DNA from: Ginkgo biloba
Lineage: Eukaryota; Plantae; Ginkgophyta
Length of the DNA stretch: 46,449 nucleotides
Direction of reading: 5' to 3'
Assembly: GCA_024626585.2 (NCBI GenBank)
Contig: JANKJI020000004.1
Location: forward strand, 35,951,089-35,997,537
Below the pieces are notes generated by a model that was not told where the DNA came from, ran no database searches, and saw only the letters and a list, made by a program, of their open reading frames with translations. Each line of letters begins with the position of its first letter. Position 1 is the stretch's first letter. Below, piece by piece: positions 26,813 through 38,620 of the stretch. The position numbers and the translations under genes are program-made.

Positions 26813-27644
26813 ATACTTTGCTAGATAGTTTCAATGCCCGTCGCCTGATAGGGCTCTACTAGGGTTTGGAGGCAATGAAGGAGGCGTTGTTACGCCGATG
26901 TGAATACCCCCTCCCCCTATCAAAATCCCCTTTAGGGATCTAGTGTGCTCATGTCGATGACTGCCTGGTTGAATGCTCGAAGGAGGGGACGGTGTTCACA
27001 GTTGGAGGAAGGCACTTGTGGCAAATAGCTTGGGGTTTCTCTTCATGCTCGTTGTGTGTTGAGGTGACCAGGTGGGTAATCCCTAGCTTCATCAGTGGCT
27101 CCTGTTTGAAGTTTTTTCCCATGAGGGTGTGCTCCACAGTTCTCATTGGCTCCTTAGTGAGTCCCGTCTTGGCTGGTGGTTTGTGCAATGGATTGTCCAA
27201 CACAACCTCCCTTGGTTCATTCNNNNNNNNNNNNNNNNNNNNNNNNNNNNNNNNNNNNNNNNNNNNNNNTCTGTCTATGGTGGTAATCTGCATTCTTGTA
27301 CTTGGGCTACGGTTTGTTCATTTTTTATTCCGACCCTAGGGGAATACCTCGCCCCTAGGGTTCTTGATTGTTTTTTGAGGTTTTGCTATCATGTATGTCA
27401 ACTCACTACGTGGTGTTCGAGGTAGTTTAGGTTTGTATTCTGCACACCCTGTGTGATGACCGAGTTCAATTTCTTCCCCTGACGAATACCTCACCTCTAG
27501 GGCAAAGAATGGACGAGGANNNNNNNNNNNNNNNNNNNNNNNNNNNNNNNNNNNNNNNNNNNNNNNNNNNNNNNNNNNNNNNNNNNNNNNNNNNNNNNNN
27601 NNNNNNNNNNNNNNNNNNNNNNNNNNNNNNNNNNNNNNNNNNNA

Positions 27645-28251
27645 CCCTTAACTCCTTTGGAGAGTGATTGGAAAAAATTCAAGGGGAAAACACAAGTTTC
27701 CTTGGAAATACTTGAGACAATACAAGAAGAATTAAGTGAATGCCAAAAGAAAATTGAAAGATCACAATCTTGATGAATGTTTTATGCGGACCAACATAGA
27801 TCGTTGAGGAGTTTCGAGATGGGTGATATGGTGGATTTCAAGGTTAAAACAAATAGCTCATTATCGATTGGACGGTGTGCTAAGTTGTTACCTCAGTATT
27901 GCATACCTTTTAAAGTGCAAGAGAAGATTAATGAAGCGACTTATAAACTTCAGATACTAGCTCATGTTAATGCTACATCCAATTTTCCACGTAAGTTTCT
28001 TAAAGAAAGCTTTATCAATATATGATAAATGTTTTGCCTTCCTATGTTAATGCACATGAAGTAGTATGAGAAATACATGATCCAATTACAATATTGGATG
28101 AAAGATCAAGGAGGCACAAAAACAAGGATATCACATAATATCTAATAGAGTGGTCTAATAAGACTATTGAGAAAGCAACCAGGGAATCTGCTACATTTGT
28201 TAGAAACATTAGGCTCATTGAGGGCAATGATCTCCACAGGGTGAGGAAAGA
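27645..28251 (+). mobile_element. Chromovirus (Tekay/Del-like) integrase C-terminus, chromodomain and PPT (copy 2)
   Basis: FYADQHRSLRSFEMGDMV...AKLLPQYCIPFKVQEKINEATYKLQ; FHVSFLKKAL; chromodomain PITILDERSRRHKNKDIT*YLIEWSNKTIEKATRE; purine tract agggtgaggaaaga directly before tgttac. Confidence 0.9.
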
Positions 28252-30125
28252 TGTTACAATGCAGTAAACTATAGTAAATTTACCTTTAAAATTGGGCCAA
28301 AGTGAGTCATGAAAGACATGTTGCATTCAGCGTTAGAAGGCGTGCATAAGCCTAAGTTAAATGATGAAGCCAATTTTCCATGTGATGATGAAGACCCATT
28401 GTGAGTTGATCAAGAGAGGGGAAATTGTGAAGAAAAGAGCCAAGAGGGTGCTCCAACAAAGGGCGCCTCCCTTCAAGGAATAATTTAGGACAACGAAGAG
28501 CCACAAAGGGCTTCTTGGGGTTTCGGATAGCCCCAAGGTTAAGTTCAACCCTTATATGGAGGATTTTGCCCAACTACTGACATAAATAGGGTTTGTCCAA
28601 GCTTAGGCAACACTTAATTTATCTTCTCTATCATGTCTCTTCAAGGTGTTTTCCTTCTACTAGTTGTTTTCCACATTCTAGATGGGAGACTTAACCCTAT
28701 AACTCATTGTTTTTCTACTACAACTACTTTCTGCATAGCCAAAATTGGGCTATTGTCATTATAGCAACTTTCCAATGGATAATTTCTTTGAATAAGTGCT
28801 CAAATATCTTCTTCAGGAGAGTGCGACTTCATTGAAGATGTTAGATCAAAGTTTCGTTAGAGATTTTGGTCCAAAGAACCCCCAAGAGAAGTCATGGGAC
28901 TTCTTCATACCTAGAAATTGAGTTCTATAGGCTTGCAACATTTTCTTTGACCCTCTAAAGAAAGTCTTAGGGTTTTAGAGTGCCTAAACTGAGAAGTTTT
29001 CACCCTTAAAACAACTTGAGGATCATTAGCTTTTCAATTTGAACTGATAAGTTAATATAAATTGTAAGTGATTACTCAAACCCTGGTTTTCTGCATAATT
29101 TATGCATGATGTTTATTGTTGAAATCCAGTCTATCATAAATTGATGTAAAAAACAAATTAGTTGAAATCTGAATTTTCAATTATGCAAGCTAATATAAGG
29201 GTCAAAAACCCTAAGTATGCAATAATAGCTTCTTTGTGGTAGGGTGCTCTCTGTGATAGAGCAATTTCATAGTACTTATAGCTAAAAATGAACTCTATGG
29301 ATAATATGAGTTTATGCATTGATTATTTCAAGTTTATTTATTGCATAAACCCTAGAGACTAGTCTAGGAGATGATTTACCCTAGCTGAAATCTACTAAAT
29401 GGATTGATGGAATGCCATTATGTGTTTTTGTCCATCTCAAGACCATGCAAGCATTATGCCTAGTAAGCATTATATATAAGGGCAAACTGGCAATGAGGGT
29501 AGCATTGCCACCCTAAGAACCCTCGGGGATGTTTCAGTGATATGAGTTGTGCTAAAAGTTATAGTGGGCATACATCTAGTTTTGGCTTGCAAGTTTGTAT
29601 TTGTGCATTATTGTTTATGCTCACTTTTTGTATTGCAACAAAAGTGTTATCATTAATGACTTCTGTCAGTTAGGGATAGATATCTCATTTGGGAGACGGT
29701 ACTAGTGTCAAAGAAGGGTTGCAAAAAGACCTACGCTCAACAATCGTATTTGGTTGGATTAAGGGGTGGAATCTAGTAGAGTAGTAATAGTTGCTACATG
29801 TTGACGGTATATTGAGATACTACCACAAGTTTGGCTACCAACTAGATAGGTCCTTTTAGGCAGTCCCCGATGGCCAACAATGGATGTTATCTAAGTTGAC
29901 ATTCATTAGTATACCAACGAGGGTTAGTAGACATTCATTAATATTCAATATGCATTCACAGTGATAACATTCTACCTTTTGAATCTACCCTGTATTTACA
30001 CTATGTGTGCATTGATCGTTAATTAATATGAATGAATGTTTGCTATGCACTTGTATTCAGATAATTATCTATTTTGCACCTCTTAAATGTGTTGGCATGC
30101 AGGTTAAGAAGGTCGAACTATTACA
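28252..30125 (+). mobile_element. Complete LTR of about 1.87 kb (TG...CA)
   Basis: Starts tgttac right after the PPT and ends ctattaca. TATA-like cataaatagg near 28581. Followed by PBS tggtatca. Confidence 0.82.
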
Positions 30126-30126
30126 A

Positions 30127-30135
30127 TGGTATCAA
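30127..30135 (+). promoter_or_regulatory. tRNA-iMet primer binding site (degenerate)
   Basis: ttaca-a-TGGTATCAA, versus consensus TGGTATCAGAGC. Confidence 0.7.
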
Positions 30136-30418
30136 ATATTAGGAGAGAATCAAGAAAGGATTTAGGAATGGAAACGAAAATCTTGAAGAAATTAGAAGCC
30201 AAGTCAAGAAGCTTGAATGGGATAAGCAAAAGACAGAGAACTTGGTCCTTACTTATGTGCAAAGAAGGAAGTAGAAAGAGATGAGCAAGCCAAGGAACCT
30301 ACACGAGAACAAGAATAGGAAGAGATGGTGAATCTTTCAAAATCAAAGAAGGAGCCATCCGAAGAATCCCAAGATTAGGAACTGAAGCATAAGAGATCCA
30401 GAAAAGGGTGGAAACTAC

Positions 30419-32329
30419 TGTAATATGTAAAGCAACTAACAAATATGCAAATTTCAAACTATGATGGTACAACTCTTGGAACCTCTTTCCAAGCATGGTA
30501 AACTCTATAGAGACTTTCTTACATCTTTTGGTATATCTGATGAAAATAAGGTTACTGTTATTGCCCAGACTTCTGTGAATTTGGCCTTGAGAAGTGGGTC
30601 AAGGACAGACATGAGGAGCTCTTCAAATTCAACCATGAAAGACGTACCTAAACCTAAGGTTAATGATAGGGCTCAATTGCACATTTTAGATATGATGGTT
30701 AAACCCATGCAGAGGTGCTTAGGACGGGTAAAGTTGTGAAGGCTAAGGCCAAGAGGGCATTTCAACAAGGGGCTCCTCCCTTCCAGGAGTAATTAGAGAT
30801 ACTGTAGTGCCACAGAGGGCTCCCTAGGGTTTGGGGCAACCCTTGGAGTGAGCCCATCCCTATGTGGGGGCTAGTGTCCTCTTTTTTTTGCATAAATAGG
30901 GTTTCTCCAAACTCGGATAACCCTTAAACATATTCCCTCTCTCTCGTTGTGATCTCCTACCAAGTGCGTCCTCATTCTAAGGCTTATTTTTTGCATTTTG
31001 GCTTCTTGACTACACCAATGCAAGTTGTTGTTTTCGGAAACTAGCTACTTTATGCATAACATGAACTAATCTTTTGCATTATAAGAATTTAAGAAGGGGT
31101 TTTTCACTAAAGGAGTGCTCAAACGTATNNNNNNNNNNNNNNNNNNNNNNNNNNNNNNNNNNNNNNNNNNNNNNNNNNNNNNNNNNNNNNNNNNNNNNNN
31201 NNNNNNNNNNNNNNNNNNNNNNNNNNNNTAACTTTAGTTGAGAAAGAAAAATCCAAACACCTCCAAAAAGTGATGCAGGCCTCTGAGGAAGAGTGTTGCC
31301 TTTATTAAAGAGTATTTTTTACAAGGTTATTAGCTATAGAATAAAGTGTTTCTCCTCTAGATTTCACTTTCATGGTCTTTCAACTAGTAGCTAAAAATTT
31401 AGGATTTTGACCAAGTTAATTACATAGAATTATAACTATGAAAAAAATAGTTTATTCTCTAGTATAAATTAATATAAATAAATTATGACATAATTAATGC
31501 ATGAATAGATTACTTACACTAGGTCATCGCATTCTATAGGGATTTATGGATGATTTAATACATTTATAGATGCAAATGATGCATGAGCATGCTAATTCAT
31601 TTAGGAAACCTTTGCTTACATTCTAATACTTGATCTATTGTTGTCCAAACTCTAGATCTTGATTGTAGGGTGGCATTGGTCTGTAATGGAAAATCCATGG
31701 GGGAGATGATAGCCTTTTTATTTTTTGTATTCCTTATGAGATTATTATGTATGACCGATAATGAGTTGAGATATACCTGAGATGATGGTATGGCTATCAA
31801 GATGAAAGGATACCCATTTGTTATGTTAGCCATATGGGTCAAAATATACCCAGAGTGATTATCAAATTCAAAGGATACCCACTGAGTTGTTAGTCAATGG
31901 TATGATAACTTGGCATAAATGGGTTGATAGACAAGTACATTAAATTTATATATTTACTACTACTAGTGAGTGGTGGAGCCTACTTAGGCCTCTTGGTGCA
32001 AAAGGGGGATTGAAATGGAACCTAAGGCCTGATACCCTTATTGACATTAGGCGAAGGTGTGGAGTCTAGCAAAGAAGTTATAGTTGCTACGCATTGACAA
32101 TGTGCATAGGGATGCCACTAGAGGTTTGGTTGTTGATGCAATAAGCCCTTCAGGTCAGTCCCAAGGTCTATAATGGATGTTAAGTCCCAATGTCACTATC
32201 CCTTGGGTTTTAATAGTCTTACCTATGTACCTTAAGATACATGCATAATCATTTTACATAAATTAGTGCCTAGTGTGTGCATGCTTGAAGTCCCATCTTT
32301 GTTAGGAGTACAAGGTTGAGATTGTTACA
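30419..32329 (+). mobile_element. Second LTR of about 1.9 kb, diverged relative of 28252-30125
   Basis: tgtaat...ttgttaca termini. Blocks at about 30735-30910 (ggccaagaggg..caacaagggg.cctccctt..cataaatagggttt) and about 32050-32180 are colinear with the first LTR. Contains a gap. Confidence 0.72.
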
Positions 32330-33389
32330 GCTAGAGGAAATCCATCAACCTTTGTTTCGGTGTCTATGTGTGAGGTTATCTATTATGATGATCTACGTGC
32401 ATCTTAGTTCAACCGTCTAAATGAATTACCCCAACCTCTGGCATGGGATTTAAAAATGAGGTGTTACTTGTTTGAACTCCTTCTATCTAACACTTGGAAG
32501 TGATATTTGTTCCAAGCCCTTATGAGATGGTTGTTGCAAAAAAAAAACAATTATTTAAAAGGCCTACCACAACCTCTAGAATTGTCTTAATATGAGGTAT
32601 TCCCTATGTATTCTAGTAGTAGGTAGTGCTAACCTACTAATTTGTGATCTATTTTGGCACCTTCAGGGACAGTCATTTTGTGATCCCTATTGGTTTTTTT
32701 GTTGTATATGTATGTAATTGTTCCTATCTAATGATTATAAGAATCATTTTACCATATAACTCAAGAGAGGTACCAAGTGAGCCAATTGAGCTTGAGATTA
32801 GTTTATGTTGTGGATGGTTGCTATTACTTGGATAGATACATGTAATGGATGGACATTTTGATTAATAATTACATAGCAACTTCCATTTACTCCTCTATTA
32901 CTTGTCCCATGAGATGAATGCATGAATTGGATGATGGATATCAACCATATNNNNNNNNNNNNNNNNNNNNNNNNNNNNNNNNNNNNNNNNNNNNNNNNNN
33001 NNNNNNNNNNNNNNNNNNNNNNNNNNNNNNNNNNNNNNNNNNNNNNNNNNTTGGGGATGAAATCTTCAAGATAAGGAATACGAGCTTAATGGCCCTTGAT
33101 CCAAACCAAACCAAGGGACCATAATGATATTTCAAATTGCAACCAAACAAGCAAGGTGAACACTGAGAAGAAATGTAATTGCCAAAAAAGCAAAAAGAAA
33201 TGAGTCCTTTTTTATCAACTACAAGGATTGCAATATTAATCATTTTGGTATCTAAGCATCACTATTACAAGCACCACTATGTCTGGCTTCAAGCTCAAAC
33301 ATCTTTATTCCCTAGTGGTAAGCTTCAAGGTTCACATGGATGCATGCACCCACCAAAATGACTACTATTAAGGACCTAACAAAGTTAAT

Positions 33390-33585
33390 CGGATTGACAA
33401 AATTACCAAAAGTTGAATGATCTTTAGAAAATGAATGGGCACCAAATTCTAAATAATCACTTTAAAGTGAATAGTCATTAAAGTTGAAAGGCCACCAACA
33501 GTTGAATAATCACCTGANNNNNNNNNNGGCCAATAAAAATTGAAAGGCCACCAAAATTTGAGTTATCATGAAAAATGAAGATTCA
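33390..33585 (+). repeat. Degenerate short tandem array (unit about 14 bp) upstream of pol
   Basis: Recurrent aaagttgaa / ttgaaaggccaccaa / gttgaataatcac units. Confidence 0.6.
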
Positions 33586-34259
33586 AATGTCATAGAAACC
33601 ATATGTCACGATTCTTTCTTATTTAAACAATGTCAAGGACTCAAAAAGGGGAAATACATGGATAACATCTCACCATAAGATTAAAAAGAGATTTTTAAAT
33701 TTGTACTCCTGTAACTCATATATTTTTCTTGATAATAATAACCCCAAAAGGGGTCTTAGATGAACGAATGGAATTTGCATAGGGGATGGTTGTTGTTAAT
33801 TGGATAGATGGATGATTGTGTAACAACTTCCACCAAACATCTCTCTTTCTTTTCCATTGAGATGAATGCATGAATTAGGTAATGAATTCCAACTATATTC
33901 TTATATCAATGATTCAAATAATACATTCTTCTTCCTACTTGCACGTGGCGATTGTTTTGAAATTATTACATGTCTTGCTCCCTTACAAGCTCCCAAATCA
34001 TTTTAGCTTATATAGGCTACTGAAACTTTTATACCAAAACTTTTTAGTTTACAAGTAATGATTTAAAAATTCCTTTTTCTTGAAAAGGTAGTTCGATTGA
34101 TGAAGATATTGAAGGAGAAAAGTCTTTAAAAAAATAAAGGAAAATGGTTTGGGGCTTATAACTAAATTAAAAGGAGAAGAAGTGGTCATATGGACTTTTA
34201 GTGGTAATTTTGTCCTTTTCATACCCTACCTTCAAAGTGTCTGAAGCAAAATAAAACAA

Positions 34260-36070
34260 AAGAAATGGAAGAAGAAACAAATGAGACCTATAACTTATAC
34301 CCACGGGTATACTTTGAATTGAATTAGGATGAAAGGGTGATTGATGAAACTCTCAAATTGTCGCTAAATAGGAAAGAAATATCAATACCATAAAAAAATA
34401 GACAAGAGATTAGTATAAATACAAAAATAAAACCAAGGAATATAACTATGGGCAACTACTAGGATAAAGTGACTGTCACACGACCTACCACCTTATTTTC
34501 TAAATGTCCTAACGTATTCACATGGTCATACAAAGCCCTAAAGGGGATCCCACCAAAAATTGGGCAACACAAGATAGAGNNNNNNNNNNNNNNNNNNNNN
34601 NNNNNNNNNNNNNNNNNNNNNNNNNNNNNNNNNNNNNNNNNNNNNNNNNNNNNNNNNNNNNNATTAGATAAGATGTTAGACATGGGATATATTTACCCAA
34701 TTGAGAATAGTGAATGAATAAGCCCAATGGTTACTACCAAGAAAAAGAATGGAAAGATTTGCATTTGTCTTAATTATCAAAAGTTATATAAAGTGGCAAA
34801 GAAGGACCAATTTCCAAGCCCATTTATAGAAGGTGTGCTAAATAAGGTGGCATGACATGAAGTCTACTTATNNNNNNNNNNNNNNNNNNNNNNNNNNNNN
34901 NNNNNNNNNNNNNNNNNNNNNNNNNNNNNNNNNNNNNNNNNNNNNNNNNNNNNNNNNNNNNNNNNNNNNNNNNNNNNNNNNNNNNNNNNNNNCTGACAAC
35001 ATTTCAATGTGTAATAATTCAAATCTTTCAAGATACCATAGGAAAGAAAGTTGAGGTACACAATGTATTGAAGGATCACCTCGACCATTTAAAGGAGAAG
35101 TTGGAGATGTGTCGCAAGTGTAGATTATGTTTGAATCCTGAGAAGTGTGAATTCCTTGTACCATTAGATAATCTGCTAGCGCACATCGTAACCAAAAGAA
35201 GGGTTATTAATTGATCCAATAGAAGGAGCCCTCATCATGGAATATGACATCCCAAAAACATCAAAGCAGTTGAAGGGATTTATGGGATTAACCAATTATT
35301 ACCAAAAGCTCATAAAAAGGCTATGTGTTTATCTCTCATCTGTTAGAGGCCCTACTAAGGAAAGGAATCGATTGGGTTTGGATGGCCAAGCAACAAAAAG
35401 CATTTGACACACCCAAACATAAGATTGTACAAACACCATTTTTACGCTTCCCAAATTAGAACATATTGTTTCATTTCCTCATTGATGCTTCATTATTTGC
35501 ATTTGGATGTGTCCTAGCCCAACTTGGAGAAGGAAACGTAGACCACCCCTTGTAGTTCACCAACCAAAAGCTTGCATCCCCTGAGCAAAACTATATCATT
35601 ATCGAAAGAGAAGAGATGAGCATGGTATATGCAATTCAAAAGTTTTCACATTACTTATTATCTAAGTTGTTTGACTTCTATGTAGAACACCAAGCATTGA
35701 TGTACTTAATAAACAAACCATTACTCCAAGGACATATAAGTAGATGACAATTATTATTCCAAGAGTTTACATTCAAGATTATCATCAAACTGGGGAAGAG
35801 CCATATGGTCTCAAATCAAATATCTCATATTGAGACAGGCGAAGAGACCACAGGAACTAATGATGACTTATAAACACAAGCCTATTTTGTAGGAAGACCA
35901 TTTCATAGTGGTATGCTAGCATCTTGGAATACTTATCAACTCGCCACACACCACCAAGGATGGATAAAGTGGAACAAAAAAGTATTGCACGAAAAGCCCT
36001 CAATTATCAACTTATTGGAGGAGCTTTATACAAGCTAGGTCTAAACCATAAAATACAAATATGTGTAGTA
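34260..36070 (+). mobile_element. Non-chromoviral Ty3/gypsy (Athila/Tat-like) pol remnant: RT, RNase H and start of integrase
   Basis: NVFTWSYKALKGIPPKIGQHKIE; LDKMLDMGYIYPIENSE*ISPMVTTKKKNGKICICLNYQKL..KDQFPSPFIE; RNase H DASLFAFGCVLAQ..EQNYIIIERE..KFSHYLL; KALNYQLIGGALYKLG. Many stops. Confidence 0.92.
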
Positions 36071-38059
36071 TTGATCCGTATCTCAGTGGGTGAGTCAAAA
36101 TCTCCTAATGTAATAAACTATAGATTCTTGATTTAAAATTATTTCTCCAGAATAATAAACTTCTATGTTTGCAACTTGCATGTAATTTTATCAACTTGAA
36201 TATNNNNNNNNNNNNNNNNNNNNNNNNNNNNNNNNNNNNNNNNNNNNNNNNNNNNNNNNNNNNNNNNNNNNNNNNNNNNNNNNNNNNNNNNNNNNNNNNN
36301 NNNTTCAGGTTCAGCATTTTAATTTTTTAATATCAATTTTTTGGCAATTTTTAAGGTGGGATTGAATCATTCTTAAAAACAACCAAATTTTTATAAGGTA
36401 TTGGTCAATTCTTTGACCATATGATATTCAGCTTAAACATAGATAACATAAAAGCATGAGTTTGACAAAGGTACTGGTCAACTCTATGCTTGTTTTGATG
36501 TTAAATTTTCCTTTTTCTATGTTAAAATAAATAGTTATGTACTTGGCAAACTTTGTGGTGGTTGAATTTTTTGGAACTTGCTGATTTTTGTTGAATTTTT
36601 CCCTCTTCGAACTTGATTTAGTGCTCAAACCTGGTAACTTAGATGTTAAGTAACCCTACTTCACTTATTTAGTTCTTGTAAAGAACTGGAGCTTCACATG
36701 GGCTAATATGTTGGACTATTTTGTATAGCCTGATTTCTGACAATTTAAGAGGCAGTTGCTCCTGCAAGAACCTTAAAGTGTGTCAGGTATTCAAGGAAGG
36801 GAAGAAAGACATTAGTCAAAATCATTAAGACTTTTAACAGAATCTTTGACAGAATTACTGAGAAGCTGCACATACATCAGTAAAGTAACATTTGAATTAG
36901 TCCTAATTGGAGATTGCTTAGGCACCTAGGCAACTTTCCACTGGTAGATAAATTAAATTGAGTGGAATAATTTTTTGACTGATTTATTTGCAGCTTCCCT
37001 CTGCATTTCTGGTAAAAAGGAAATTTCAGTAACTTTAACTAAATTGAAGGACATATAGGATATATTGGAGCACCTTCAAGAACTATTAACTAAGAACATA
37101 GAAGTAGATACAACAAAAACTAAGGGTAGTTAGTTACCTAACTGTATGTAACAACTTCAACTATTTTAATAGTAACAATAGTTGAGCATTTAGGATCAAA
37201 TAATAATACAAAGAAGGAAAAAGGGTTCCACCACACATACTCGATGAGGAAGTCCCTATTTTTTCTATTTTTCTTTTCTCCAGTTATGTTTTCCCTATGA
37301 TTATAATGTGAATTATTTCATTCTTGTAGATTGTTGAACTAAGAAGGTCATATAGAGTACATGTGTACACCCTTTGGTTGATCTCCATTTATTTTATATG
37401 ACATTTANNNNNNNNNNNNNNNNNNNNNNNNNNNNNNNNNNNNNNNNNNNNNNNNNNNNNNNNNNNNNNNNNNNNNNNNNNNNNNNNNNNNNNNNNNNNN
37501 NNNNNNNTAAATAATATGGGCTCTTTTCTAATAAAATATGAGGGATAAAAGAGGATAAGGTCATAGGGGTGACAAAAAACTTATCCATCTTTTATGGATG
37601 TAATATTGAGAATCCTAATCTCCATTTATATGATTTTTTGATATATTATAATAGTAATGACTATCATAGTGATTAGTAAAAATTTAAAAAATATTCCTCT
37701 AACACTAAAAGGTGCAACAAGTAAAGGGTTTAAAGGTATCCAAAAAATACCATCAATAAATAAGATGGATTAGAGAACCTTTGTTATAGAAATATCTATT
37801 ATTAAACTATGATGAATAACTTCAAGGAAAAATCTTGAGGATTTATTTAGAACTATGAGAAACTCTACAAGAATTCATTGAGAGATTAAACACATTACTC
37901 TAGCAATGATCGAAGCATAAACACTTCAAGCACACTTACTAAGTGACTTTCTCTTTAGGATGGAATGAGAAGGTGGGAAATGGATTAACCTCTAGCGAAG
38001 TCTTTAAATTTAGTAAAATTCGTGTGTAGAACCCATCAAATATACATAAAAAATAAATT

Positions 38060-38620
38060 AAAATTATTTGAATTCACATTCACATGTTGTCATCACATAA
38101 AAGAAAAGATTATCTTCATTAATGAAATACAAAAATAGAGTGCTTTGTAGAGATCTATAACACACATTAAGTGAAGTCAATGCCCACTAATTTATAGATA
38201 TTTAAACCTCTCAATCAAAAAAGAATATTAGAGTGCATAGAAATTACTACCTCATATGAGGATCAACTTACAAGAATTACAAACTTCAAATTTAAATTAA
38301 ATATTTCAAGTTATAGGAAATTAGAACCAAAAGAAGAAGAATTATTTTTTTCCCTTCAATTCAGTTTCTCTACTTTTTGTTCATAGTGACTGCTTTTCCA
38401 ACTTCCTATGAAGCCACTGACTTCATATTTCTTAATTGTATTTAATAATTTAACAATTGCATCCAATATAGAGTTGATTTAGAGCTTCTAAATTCTTCAC
38501 AATTTTAAATTAATAGGTGGTCATAGTTTTAATTCTCTTCCCTATCAAAATAAAAGTAACTTTACAAATTAACTTTAAGAAAATATGAAAGTAAGTTGAA
38601 TTTATAAAATGAAAGTAATA
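38060..38620. repeat. Dispersed repeat copy A (probable LTR segment), direct with 44990-45510
   Basis: Colinear blocks, e.g. tacctcatatgaggatcaacttacaagaattaca vs tacctcacatgaggataaaattacaggaattaca, and cttcaattcagtttctc vs tttcaatttagtttctc. Confidence 0.75.

Noticed and set aside
36631-36761. Minus-strand exon-like segment ttcttgcag|...ccag|gtttga as the missing upstream NAGLU exon
   Set aside because: Stop codons in all three frames and no GH89 similarity.
37215-37260. Minus-strand peptide EYVWWN resembling NAGLU YVWW
   Set aside because: The match is only a few residues with no flanking similarity, and the real motif is already encoded at 15601-15722.
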